From positions 1 to 64,000 of the forward strand of contig NIVC01000611.1 in assembly GCA_002269645.1 (NCBI GenBank): DNA of 64,000 nucleotides, given 5' to 3'. Under the pieces are notes generated by a model. That model was not told the DNA's origin. It did no database searches and saw nothing but the letters and a program-made list of their open reading frames with translations. Positions 54,394 to 64,000 of the stretch are shown here, in pieces. This DNA comes from Macrostomum lignano (Eukaryota). Made by a program: the position numbers and the translations under genes. The first letter of the stretch is position 1; each line of letters begins with the position of its first letter.

Positions 54394-55570
54394 GGATTAT
54401 AGTCATTTTGGTGACAAGACATTTTGGTGATAATCCTTTGGTGACAAGCAAAATTCATTTTGGTGACAAGAAAAATACCATTTTAAGTGATAGCCATTCT
54501 GTTTCTAAATAGAAAATTAGCTTGCAAATCTTAAAGGATATTGAACCTAAAGTTTTATAATTTTTTGAAAAGGTTAAGTTCTGCTTTATTTAGTTTTGTT
54601 TATTTACAATTAAAGAGTTGCAGTCCTTTGAATTGTTTTTCAATCCAAATGTTTAGTGTCAATTTCTGCTTTTCTTGTGGTTGGCATTTCATAAGAATTC
54701 TCTATATAGGTTTATGGTTTATTTGTCTGAAAACTCTGGGAAAATTCAAAACTAGGCCTATCTGTACAGGAAGAAAACAACAATTTGTTTTATTTGCTTT
54801 GCTAAATATATTAATCTTTTGACAAAAATTTTTAATATATATGTACAAATCATAAATCTTAATAAAATAACTATAAGCTAATACCAGGGTCAGGATTGTG
54901 TAGGCCTACCACTATACGCCAGAATGAAAATTGCTTCCATAGCTCATGCATGCCAATGTACACCAACAAACTTTTTATAGCATACAAAAATATGCCAAAA
55001 CAAAAATTACAAATTACAACCAATATGAAAAAAGCTTGCAAAATTTTAATATTTAAATAACTAATGTGTTAAAACTAAATTTTTTTATTAAACTCTAGAG
55101 AATTAGTTCACTTTAACTATTTTTGTTTTACTTTTAACTTCTTGGAAAAGTTAAACCTGTTTTTTTAAATTTAGTTTTCCTTTTTTTAAAGGGCCGGCTA
55201 ATCTTTCTGATTAAAATTTAGCTACTGTAACTATGTACATGGAGACTATGCCAAATTCAAACTTAATCATTTTTATATGTTAATTGCGTAGATTGATTGT
55301 TGGGACTCGGAACTTTTGGTCCCACCTGCTGGTCTTGGCAATCTTTATATGCCAAGCTATATGCCAAGAGGGCACACCAGGCCCCTTGTACGCCAAGTTG
55401 TATGCCAATGGTGTAATCTATGTCCTTCTGTACGCTGGAAAAATCCAGCGTACATGTATACTATCTGGAGTCTGGAGCTAATATTATGAAGCGCCTCTTA
55501 TTACCAAAATGACTATTTGTCATTGAAATGTCTGTCACCAAAACGACTTGTAACTGAAATGACTGGTACC
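54394..55570. mobile_element. Non-autonomous Mutator-like (MULE) element, 1177 bp
   Basis: Perfect 10-bp TSD CTAGGAAGAT (54384-54393 and 55571-55580). GG..CC termini. Imperfect TIR GGATTATAGTCATTTTGGTGACAAG versus reverse complement GGTACCAGTCATTTCAGTTACAAG. Subterminal repeats at both ends. Confidence 0.75.
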
Positions 55571-56859
55571 CTAGGAAGATAGATATAAAAAATGTTTTTA
55601 CTTACTTTTCTACTTTTTTACTTTCTGTTATTGTTGTTTTCTAGAACCTAGATTACACCTAAGCATGAATATATATATATAAATTTTTGAGTTAATTTAT
55701 TTTATAAATTATATAGTTACCTAAAAAGGACAAGAAGATATCATATAAAACTTATATCAATGCAAATAATTTTGCACAAAGTCATATGTGTATAACCTTT
55801 AAAATTATACCAACCAGGCATATGCAACTTAGTTTTGCAAGTTACCTAAAAACAAAGTAAGAAATCTTTAATTTGATATCAAAATTTGTCAACAAGTTGT
55901 TAATTTTATAATATACCCAATCCTATATTTGTCCCAAGTTTTGCTAGCTATATTAGCTTGTTTGGCTACAATGTATAGATGTCAAAAGTTGTATTAATTA
56001 TTAAAAATTAGTTATTGACAAAGAGTAATATTAAGTCTTATAGGTTGATTAAAAGCTTTGAAACTACTAATTTGACTTAGCCATTTATAAAATTGGAGAC
56101 TTAGTTATACACATTAAGGTGGCTAAAAATGCTTGGATTTAAAAGGGTGATAATAGCTTGAATTTTGCTCTTGAAGTTTTGGCCTATCATTTATATATAA
56201 AGTTTTCATTTTTATAGATAGTATAAAATTTTGTAGTTAGATGATATAGACTTAGTTTATTAGAAGTCAAAAGGCAAATCTAGACCTATGGTGCTATATC
56301 TGATAATAGAGGTCTAAATATAAAATAAAAATCAAGGTAGTTTTTTTACCTTGACAAATTTGTTGGTAATTTCTAGATTCAAAATTGTATCGGCCCAAAA
56401 ATGTACTTGTAAATGACATTTTAGAGCAAATTGCATTTAGAAAAGATAGAAGCCTAGGTCTGTAGTGCAAGTTTTTGATACTAGTTTTGGATCACAGATT
56501 GATAGACCCATGAGTAGTATGAGGTGCCCTGCCTTTGCCATACCATGTAACATTGCACTTAGTCATAAAAAAGTAAAAAAATGTTGAACACTATTTTCTA
56601 CTTATTTTAATAAGGCTGCAAGGAGCAGCTGAAGGTGGTTTGGTCTAATCTTTAATTCCAGCACTTCAGCTGATGTACCCTTTAATTTTGAATGATCAGT
56701 GACATGACAACAAAGGACATCTTTTACAACTCCAGTTAACTGACCCTCCTGACCATTGACCATCTAAGTCTGCCATAGTGCTGCTACTTAAAGTAGTTAA
56801 ATCTCCACAAAACATTGCAGTTTAAAGACGCCGGGCTCACAATCCAGGACAAAACAGCT

Positions 56860-59720
56860 ATGTCGGGCAAGTCAGCTGTAGGCAATCAGCCTGATCGATC
56901 CCACCTGATGCTTCTTGCTGAGCTGCTGGTGTTCTCAATTGGCCTGTCTGGCTGCCTCATCATGCAGGTGGACCGCGTGCAGCCCAGCCCTTATATGGAC
57001 GAAATCTTTCACGTGCCAATGGCGCAGAAATATTGCCAAGGGATTTACACCGAATGGGATCCGAAAATCACTACGCCGCCGGGTTTGTACGCGATGTCCG
57101 CTGCTGTGCTGCGATTGGCTGGCAAGCTTACCGGCTTCTCCTCCACTGATACCAACTCGTTATGCAGCGTGTTTTTCCTGCGACTGACCAACTTAGTGTA
57201 CTTTCTAATCAGCTTCCTGTCTGTCTATGGCATTCTGTCGTCTCCGCGGCACTATGACGTCACAGGCGACAGCGGCGCCTTGCCGGAGCCCAGAGTTCGC
57301 GTGTTGAAATCGTTCAGCGTGTCGCTTCTGCCAGTGTCGTTCTTCTTTGTCAGCCTGTTCTACACCGACCAGGCCTCTACAGCCTGCCTCTTGGCAGCCT
57401 ATTTCATGCAGCTGAACGAGCACCGCCTGCTAGCTGGGTTGCTGGGCTGTCTGGCAGTGGCCTGTCGGCAGACCAACGCCGTTTGGCTGCTGTTCTTTTT
57501 GGGCATGGAGCTGGACAGGGCCTGGGAGAACCGGCTGCGCGGCCTGGCCAAGCGGCGGGAGGAAGACGAGGGGAGCGAAGGTGAGCGACTGGCGTGGAGG
57601 CTGCTGGTTGAGAACCTGGCTTGAATCTCTTAGATTTGAGTGAGATTCTGGGGGAGTTAAGTGAGATTCTGATGAAGTTGAGTGAGATTCTGGTGGAGTT
57701 GAGTGAGATTCTGTTGGAGTTGAGTGAGATTCTGGTGGAGTTGAGTGAGATTCTGAGGTATTTGAGTAAGATACTGGGGTATTTAAGTGAGTCTGGGGTA
57801 TTTGAGTAAGATTCTGGGGTGTATATATGAGATTCTGGGGTGTTGAAGTGAGTTTTTGGGTGTTTAAGTGAGATTCTGGGGTGTTTAGGTGAGATTCTGG
57901 GGTGTTTAGGTGAGATTCTGGGGTGTTTAGGTGAGATTCTGGGGTGTTTAGGTGAGATTCTGGGGTGTTTAGGTGAGATTCTGGGGTGTTTAGGTGAGAT
58001 TCTGGGGTGTTTAGGTGAGATTCTGGGGTGTTTAGGTGAGATTCTGGGGAATTTTATAGTGTGAATAACAATCCCAAATTTTATTAAATATTAAACGAAG
58101 ATTTTTAAATTCCTGTCTTAACTTGTGTTTTATGACAAGATTTTGATCCCAATCAACAGTCTTGATTGTCTTGAAATTCCCTAAAAACAAGTCCCATATT
58201 TATTGGATTTTCCCTCAGCTGCCGCTCCGCCGCCGTCGCTATGGTCGGAGGCGTCGGCCATACTCGGCCACCCACTCCAGTTCTTTGTCACCGGCTGCCG
58301 AGTGGCTTTCCAATCCTGGCCTCTAGTAGCAGTCCTAGTCGCATTCGCGGTCCTTGTTCGCCTGAACGGCGGCGTAGCTCTGGGCGACCGGTCGGCTCAC
58401 GAGGCCCGCCTGCACAGTCCGCAGGCTTTGTACTTTCTTGGCTTCTGTGTTGCTATGCACCCCGCCGCGGCGGCTCGGCTCGTCTGGGCGGCGGCGCGAG
58501 CGCCTAGCGCGATAAAAGCGCGCTGGATACGCGGAATGGCGCTACCAATTGTGGCGCTTAGCGCGCTTGCCTGTCTAGCTGTCAGGTGAGTGGATAGAGA
58601 TATTTTAATTTTTGTGGCCAAGGTTCAAAATATTCCACGATTAATGATGGGTCTGATTTCTTCATAGATGGACTTGGCTATTTAATAGGTTGGGGTCTGA
58701 CTTCTGAGGCACTGGGGTGCTGAGGCACTGTGGTGATGAGGCACTGGGGTGCTGAGGCACTGGGGTGCTGAGGCACTGTGATGATGAGGCACTGGGGTGC
58801 TGAGGCACTGTGGTGATGAGGCACTGGGGTGCTGAGGCACTGGGGTGCTGAGGCACTGTGGTGATGAGGCACTGGGGTGCTGAGGCACTGGAGTGCTGAG
58901 GCACTGGAGTGCTGAGGCACTGGGGAGCTGAGGCACTGGGGAGCTGAGGCACTGGGGAGCTGAGGCACTGGAGTGCTGAGGCACTGGGGTGCTGAGGCAC
59001 GGGTGCTGAGGCACTGGGGAGCTGAGGCACTGGGGAGCTGAGGCACTGGGGTGCTGAGGCACTTGGGTACTGAGGCACTGGGGTACTGAGGCACTGGGGT
59101 ACTGAGGCACTGGGGTGATGAAGCACTGGGGTGATGAGGCACTGGGGTGCAAATGCTGAGTTTTGCTACTGAGGAAAATCGAAGTGGTACAAGAAGCTTC
59201 AGATGATCAGCTGATGAATGAAATTTATCAATATATTGAATTATCCTATTTTAGTCTATGGCCAATGCCATGAACTCTATTATTAATACTTGGCCAACCC
59301 TGCACTCCCAGGTACCAAACCTACGAGCATCCCTACCTGCTAGCCGACAATCGCCACCTGACATTCTATATTTGGCAGCGAGTATTCCAACGCCATTGGC
59401 TAATCCGCTACCTGCTAATCCCGGCTTACACCGGCTCTCTGATAGTCTATTGGCAGTCCGTGCCCCGGTCCTGCCTGTTCCGCTTGGCGCTGCTCGGTTG
59501 CAGCGCCCTGGCCCTCGTGCCGGCCTCTCTAATAGAGCCTCGCTATTTCATCGCTCCCTGGTTGCTATGGAGACTAAGCGCTGTCAGGCACGACAGTCGG
59601 CGATGGTTGCTGGCCGAGGCGGCTTATTTTGCCGCGGTCAATGCCGCAGTTTACTGGCTGTTCCTGAGGCGGCCGTTTCTCTGGCCTGGGGTGCCCGAGG
59701 AGCAGCGGTTTGTCTGGTAG
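56860..59720 (+). CDS. ALG10: Dol-P-Glc:Glc2Man9GlcNAc2-PP-Dol alpha-1,2-glucosyltransferase, 498 aa
   Basis: Exons 56860-57580, 58219-58585 and 59312-59720 (1497 nt, GT-AG). Motifs PYMDEIFH, WDPKITTPPGLY, LFYTD, RQTNAVW, ALGDRSAH, HPYLLADNRH, EPRYF and QRFVW*. The start could alternatively be the ATG at about 56908. Confidence 0.93.
57636..58048. repeat. 21-bp minisatellite, ALG10 intron 1
   Basis: GAGTGAGATTCTGGTGGAGTT grading into GGTGAGATTCTGGGGTGTTTA. Confidence 0.9.
58705..59150. repeat. 16-bp minisatellite, ALG10 intron 2
   Basis: Unit GAGGCACTGGGGTGCT. Confidence 0.95.
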
Positions 59721-60274
59721 CCGGAATTGAAGACTTGATTGCGATTTTAAATATTCTATTAGCGAGATGCGAAGATAACAGATTAGAAATTATTTTGAAT
59801 TAAATATTCATGTTAGAATGAGCTCCCTTAATCCCTGTCATCAATAAACTCAACTGAGCTCCCTTAATCCCTGTCATCAATAAACTCAACTGAGCTCCCT
59901 TAATCCCTGTCATCAATAAACTCAACTGAGTTCCCTTAATCCCTGTCATCAATAAACTCAACTGAGTTCCCTTAATCCCTGTCATCAATAAACTCAACTG
60001 AGCTCCCTTAATCCCTGTCATCAATAAACTCAACTGAGCTCCCTTAATCCCTGTCATCAATAAACTCAACTGAGCTCCCTTAATCCCTGTCATCAATAAA
60101 CTCAACTGAGTTCCCTTAATCCCTGTCATCAATAAACTCAACTGAGCTCCCTTAATCCCTGTCATCAATAAACTCAACTGAGCTCCCTTAATCCCTGTCA
60201 TCAATAAACTCAACTGAGTTCCCTTAATCCCTGTCATCAATAAACTCAACTGAGCTCCCTTAATCCCTGTCATC

Positions 60275-60279
<5 letters not shown>

Positions 60280-60305
<26 letters not shown>

Positions 60306-62102
60306 GTTACGCCCCACGCCAGCCACGGGAGTGGCCAAGAGGGGGGAGCGTCAAATCGCGCGTTTCAGAGCCAGGTCTCTAATGTGCTTCACACCGGCCG
60401 TCTGGCTGGGTGCTCGCGCATCTTCAAAAAGGCGGTCGACGTAGCGGGCTGATCGTCCCTGACCACGCCTGCGCGGTCCCTGCGGGGTCCACAGCAGGAC
60501 GTCCTGCAGCGGCTCTGGGCAGTAGGCTTCGGCCCGGATGACATGTCCGGCAAGCCGCAGGCGCCGCTGACTCAGCAGGGCAGAAGGCCGCGTCAGGCCT
60601 GTGCGTTTGTACAGGGACTCGGTTGTCTCGCTGCCAGGGCCGCGGCGGGCGCCGAAAGCGGCGCGGACTAGGGCCGCATGCGCCGCGTCGAGCTGCGCCT
60701 CAAGCGCCCCGGTCAGCGTCCAGGTCTCAGCATTGTACAGCAGGGCGGTCTCAACAACCGCCTGGAACAGCTGGGACCTGGCGCCGTCGGACAGGGCCTC
60801 GGAGAGCAGCACCGCCCGCACAGATCGGAAGGCAGCCCAGGCCTTGCCGCGCCGTCTCGCTAGGTCGTCACCGACGTCCGGCACCAGTCCGCCGAGGTAG
60901 ACGAACTGAAGGCACTTCGGGAGCGCCGTCCCGGGGCCGTCGCCGTCTCGAAGTCGAATCTCGGCGGGTAGATCATGCGGCACCGTCAGCACCTCGGTCT
61001 TCCTGGCGTTGATGACGAGACCGACCCTCGCCGCCGCCGCAGTCAGGCCGTCCAGCAGCCGTTGGGCGCCTTCGGCCGTGGAAGACAGCAGGGCGAGGTC
61101 GTCCGCGTAGCCAAGGACAGACAGTTTCTTCTCCGGGTGCCGTCTACTGGTGCGCCTTTGCAGCAGAAAGCCGTCCTCTGATGTCGGCAGGCCGGTCCTG
61201 AGCACCCAGTCCATCACCAGCACGAAGAGAAAGGGCGCCAGAGTGTCACCCTGTAGCACTCCGGAGGTCGTGCTAAACAGGTCCGACGGTCCGTCTGGCG
61301 TCGCTACCGCGGCGGTGGTGTCCTGATACAGCGCCATGATGGCGGAGATCAGCTGCTGCGGTACGTTGTAGGCACGGAGCACGTGAGGCAGCGCGCCGCG
61401 CGCCACCGAGTCGAAGGCCTTGATGAAGTCAACAAAGATGACGATAAGGCTTGACTGGTGGATGCGCGCCTCCTCGATGATGCGGCGGAGGGCCAGGATC
61501 TGCGTCACCGTACCGCGATGGGGGCGGAACCCGTTCTGCTCGTACCGCAGGAACGAGTCCAGCACGGGCTGTAACCGTGCTAATAGCACCCGGTTGAACA
61601 GCTTCGCGGTACAGGACATGAGCGAGATTCCACGATGCTCCTCCTTCCGTGTAGTGCCCGGCTTCTTCGGGATGCCGACGATGTTGGCCTGGGTCCACTC
61701 GCGGGGCGCGGGGCCTCCTGCCAGGACGCCGTTCATCACGCGGGCCACCTCAGTGGCAACCCTTGTGACTCGCAGCGCCTCGACGGGGACCTCGTCCGGG
61801 CCGGGGGCGCGGCCTCCCGGAGCCCTGCGGGCGAATTCCACGACGTCGGTGCTGGTCACAGGACGGGTGTCGAAGTCCTCCTGCCGCGGCAGCGCCACCT
61901 CGGGGGGCAGCGGCATCTCGTTCGGCAGAGTCGGCGGCGGCGCGTTGACAATGGCGGCGAAGAAGGTGCGCAGCTCGTTTCTGCGCTCTTCGGCCGTGTC
62001 GCCAGCCAGGTTGAGCGCAGTCTTCTTTTTGCGACCGGTTAGGGCGTTCACGACCGGCCAGACGACCCTGTTCTGCCGTTCAGGCCCGACGGAGGCGACT
62101 AA
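60280..62102 (-). mobile_element. 5'-truncated RTE-like non-LTR retrotransposon, 1823 bp
   Basis: (TTA)n 3' tail, seen as TAA repeats on + at 60280-60305. 11-bp TSD GTCATCAATAA (60269-60279 and 62103-62113). The RT reading frame is open up to the truncation point. Confidence 0.9.
60351..62102 (-). CDS. Reverse transcriptase ORF of the RTE-like LINE (N-terminally truncated, no endonuclease domain)
   Basis: RAPGPDEV, HRGISLM, QNGFRP, FVDFIKAFDSV, GVLQGDTLAPFLF, YADD, FVYLGG, LLYNAETW and RLRLAGHVIR. No stop codons from 62102 to 60354. Confidence 0.92.
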   Translation of the reverse strand, partial: LVASVGPERQNRVVWPVVNALTGRKKKTALNLAGDTAEERRNELRTFFAAIVNAPPPTLPNEMPLPPEVALPRQEDFDTRPVTSTDVVEFARRAPGGRAPGPDEVPVEALRVTRVATEVARVMNGVLAGGPAPREWTQANIVGIPKKPGTTRKEEHRGISLMSCTAKLFNRVLLARLQPVLDSFLRYEQNGFRPHRGTVTQILALRRIIEEARIHQSSLIVIFVDFIKAFDSVARGALPHVLRAYNVPQQLISAIMALYQDTTAAVATPDGPSDLFSTTSGVLQGDTLAPFLFVLVMDWVLRTGLPTSEDGFLLQRRTSRRHPEKKLSVLGYADDLALLSSTAEGAQRLLDGLTAAAARVGLVINARKTEVLTVPHDLPAEIRLRDGDGPGTALPKCLQFVYLGGLVPDVGDDLARRRGKAWAAFRSVRAVLLSEALSDGARSQLFQAVVETALLYNAETWTLTGALEAQLDAAHAALVRAAFGARRGPGSETTESLYKRTGLTRPSALLSQRRLRLAGHVIRAEAYCPEPLQDVLLWTPQGPRRRGQGRSARYVDRLFEDARAPSQTAGVKHIRDLALKRAI

Positions 62103-62193
62103 GTCATCAATAAACTCAACTGAGTTCCCTTAATCCCTGTCATCAATAAACTCAACTGAGTTCCCTTAATCCCTGTCATCAATAAACTCAACT

Positions 62194-62341
62194 GAGTCAT
62201 GGCATCTCAGCACCTCCCCATTGAGTCATGGCATCTCAGCACCTCCCCATTGAGTCATGGCATCTCAGCACCTCCTCATTGAGTCATGGCATCTCAGCAC
62301 CTCCCCATTGAGTCATGGCATCTCAGCACCTCCCCATTGAG
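62194..62341. repeat. 29-bp minisatellite x5
   Basis: Unit GAGTCATGGCATCTCAGCACCTCCCCATT. Confidence 0.9.
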
Positions 62342-62981
62342 CCTCTGCATCACAGAAACTCTCTATTGGGCCTTATGAAGTTCAGGCTTCAGACTTAAGC
62401 TCAACCAATGCAACCTTCAATGTAGTGCGCCAAGTTCCTCGCCGGCTAATACATTTTAAAACGAGATTTTAGCATGAATTAATTTTGACATTTTTTAGAT
62501 GTTTTGCGTTCTTTTATGGAAAAAATGTTACTAAAATTTTTTTCAGTGGGTTCTGTCTGTGTTGTAGGTGCTGTTCCGGTGGTCTGCTACTAAATTATAG
62601 TGAAATAATTAGTTATATCTTTGAGAAAATGCATCCCATCAATTCCTTAGCTGTTGTGAAAGTCGCATTCAGTCACTTGTTAATATCATTATTTTTTGTT
62701 TGAATCTAGGCATCTGTCTGTTAGTTTATTTGTTAAAATATGCTGCTGGGCATTTTGAATTCTACACTTCTCTATAACTTGTGCTCATCGACACTATGAA
62801 TGTGCCTTTATAGGTGATGCGATTATAATGGCTGTCCTGGTGTTAGTGCTTCAGCAATGCTTAATATATTATTAATAAATGTCTGCAAATGGTGTACCTG
62901 TTTTAGCCATAGTTTTAATCTGGTGTTCACCGCGACTCACATGTACTAATTTCAAGATCACTGTTATTTAGTAGACACCAT

Positions 62982-63488
62982 TCACTATCTAATAAATTGG
63001 CATTCACTATCCAAGGAATCGCCATTCACTATCTATAAGGAATCGCCATTCACTAAGGAATTGGCATTCACTAAGGAATCGCCATTCACTAAGGAATTGG
63101 CATTCACTAAGGAATCGCCATTCACTAAGGAATTGGCATTCACTAAGGAATCGCCATTCACTAAGGAATTGGCATTCACTAAGGAATCGCCATTCACTAA
63201 GGAATCGCCATTCACTAAGGAATCGCCATTCACTAAGGAATCGCCATTCACTAAGGAATCGCCATTCACTAAGGAATCGCCATTCACTAAGGAATCGCCA
63301 TTCACTAAGGAATCGCCATTCACTAAGGAATTGGCATTCGCTAAGGAATTGGCATTCGCTAAGGAATCGCCATTCACTAAGGAATCGCTATTCACTAAGG
63401 AATCGCCATTCACTAAGGAATCGCCATTCACTAAGGAATCGCCATTCACTAAGGAATCGCCATTCACTAAGGAATTGGCATTCGCTAT
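62982..63488. repeat. 18-bp minisatellite directly upstream of the DDX55 start
   Basis: Unit CATTCACTAAGGAATCGC / CATTCACTAAGGAATTGG. Confidence 0.95.
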
Positions 63489-63521
63489 TAAAAGAAATCG
63501 CTACACCTCTTGATCTTCTGC

Positions 63522-63959
63522 ATGCGGCAGGAGCAGCAATCGCAGCAGCCCCTCCCCCGGCCAAGCGGCTGGCAGCTGGACAGAGTCGAGCTGTCCCCAG
63601 CTGCCCAATCCGCCATCGCGGCTCTTGGCTTCGCTGCGCCAACCCCAGTCCAGCGAGCCTGCATCCCGCTGCTGCTCAGCAACAAGGATGTAGCGGCGGA
63701 GGCTGTGACGGGGTCGGGCAAAACCCTGGCTTACCTGTTGCCGGCTCTGGAGCTGCTGTCCCGCCGGCCGGAGCCTTGGGGCCGCGGAGAAACCGGCGCC
63801 GTGATTGTGGCGCCGACAGCTGAGCTGGCCAGGCAGGTGAGCGGAGTGCTGGCTCTCCTGCTGCCGCACTATGAGCGGCATCGCCAGCCCGGCAGCTGTG
63901 GCCAGCTGCTGCTCACTAGGGGCTGCTCGCAGGCTGAGATTGATGCGGCTCTGGCTAAG
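63522..63959 (+). CDS. DDX55: DEAD-box RNA helicase DDX55/Spb4, first coding exon; the gene continues beyond the window
   Basis: Q motif GFAAPTPVQRACIP, NKDVAAEAVTGSGKTLAYLLP (DDX55-typical) and motif Ia region PTAELARQV. Donor AAG|GTGAGT at 63959/63960. Confidence 0.85.
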
Positions 63960-64000
63960 GTGAGTACTATGAGGCTGGGATAATGCTAAAACTCCCGATA

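Larger units (their letters stand above)
59815..62195. repeat. 36-bp minisatellite split by the LINE (59815-60279 and 62103-62195)
   Basis: Unit GAGCTCCCTTAATCCCTGTCATCAATAAACTCAACT on both sides of the insertion. Confidence 0.9.

Noticed and set aside
60601-62133. Plus-strand ORFs over the LINE
   Set aside because: Antisense shadows of the RT ORF.

Overview
Eukaryotic (metazoan) genomic DNA. GC-rich, poly-Gln-rich exons, a different minisatellite in almost every intron and a two-domain small heat-shock protein suggest a free-living flatworm such as Macrostomum; this is inference only. Ten protein genes were reconstructed by hand from GT-AG junctions and family motifs: an HR96/NR1J-like nuclear receptor (+, 4 exons), two paralogous tetraspanins (+ and -, 6 exons each), a CYP2-clan P450 (-, 3 exons), PDAP1 (+, 4 exons), a TIS11/ZFP36-like tandem CCCH protein (+), a secreted C-type lectin (-), a two-ACD small HSP (+), ALG10 (+, 3 exons) and the first exon of DDX55 (+, runs off the window). 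The nuclear receptor and PDAP1 each lack exactly one base in a 4-nt homopolymer. About 30 tandem arrays are present. Eight mobile elements are delimited by terminal repeats and/or target-site duplications: three hAT-like, one PIF/Harbinger-like, one Mutator-like, one long-TIR foldback, one solo LTR and one 5'-truncated RTE-like LINE. Three of them sit inside minisatellites. Three AT-rich domains are nearly CpG-free and TpA/CTAG-rich, and paired transposon repeats in two of them show both CpG->TpG and CpA->TpA changes. Most long ORFs in the supplied track are repeat or antisense artefacts. No rRNA, tRNA or CRISPR array was seen.
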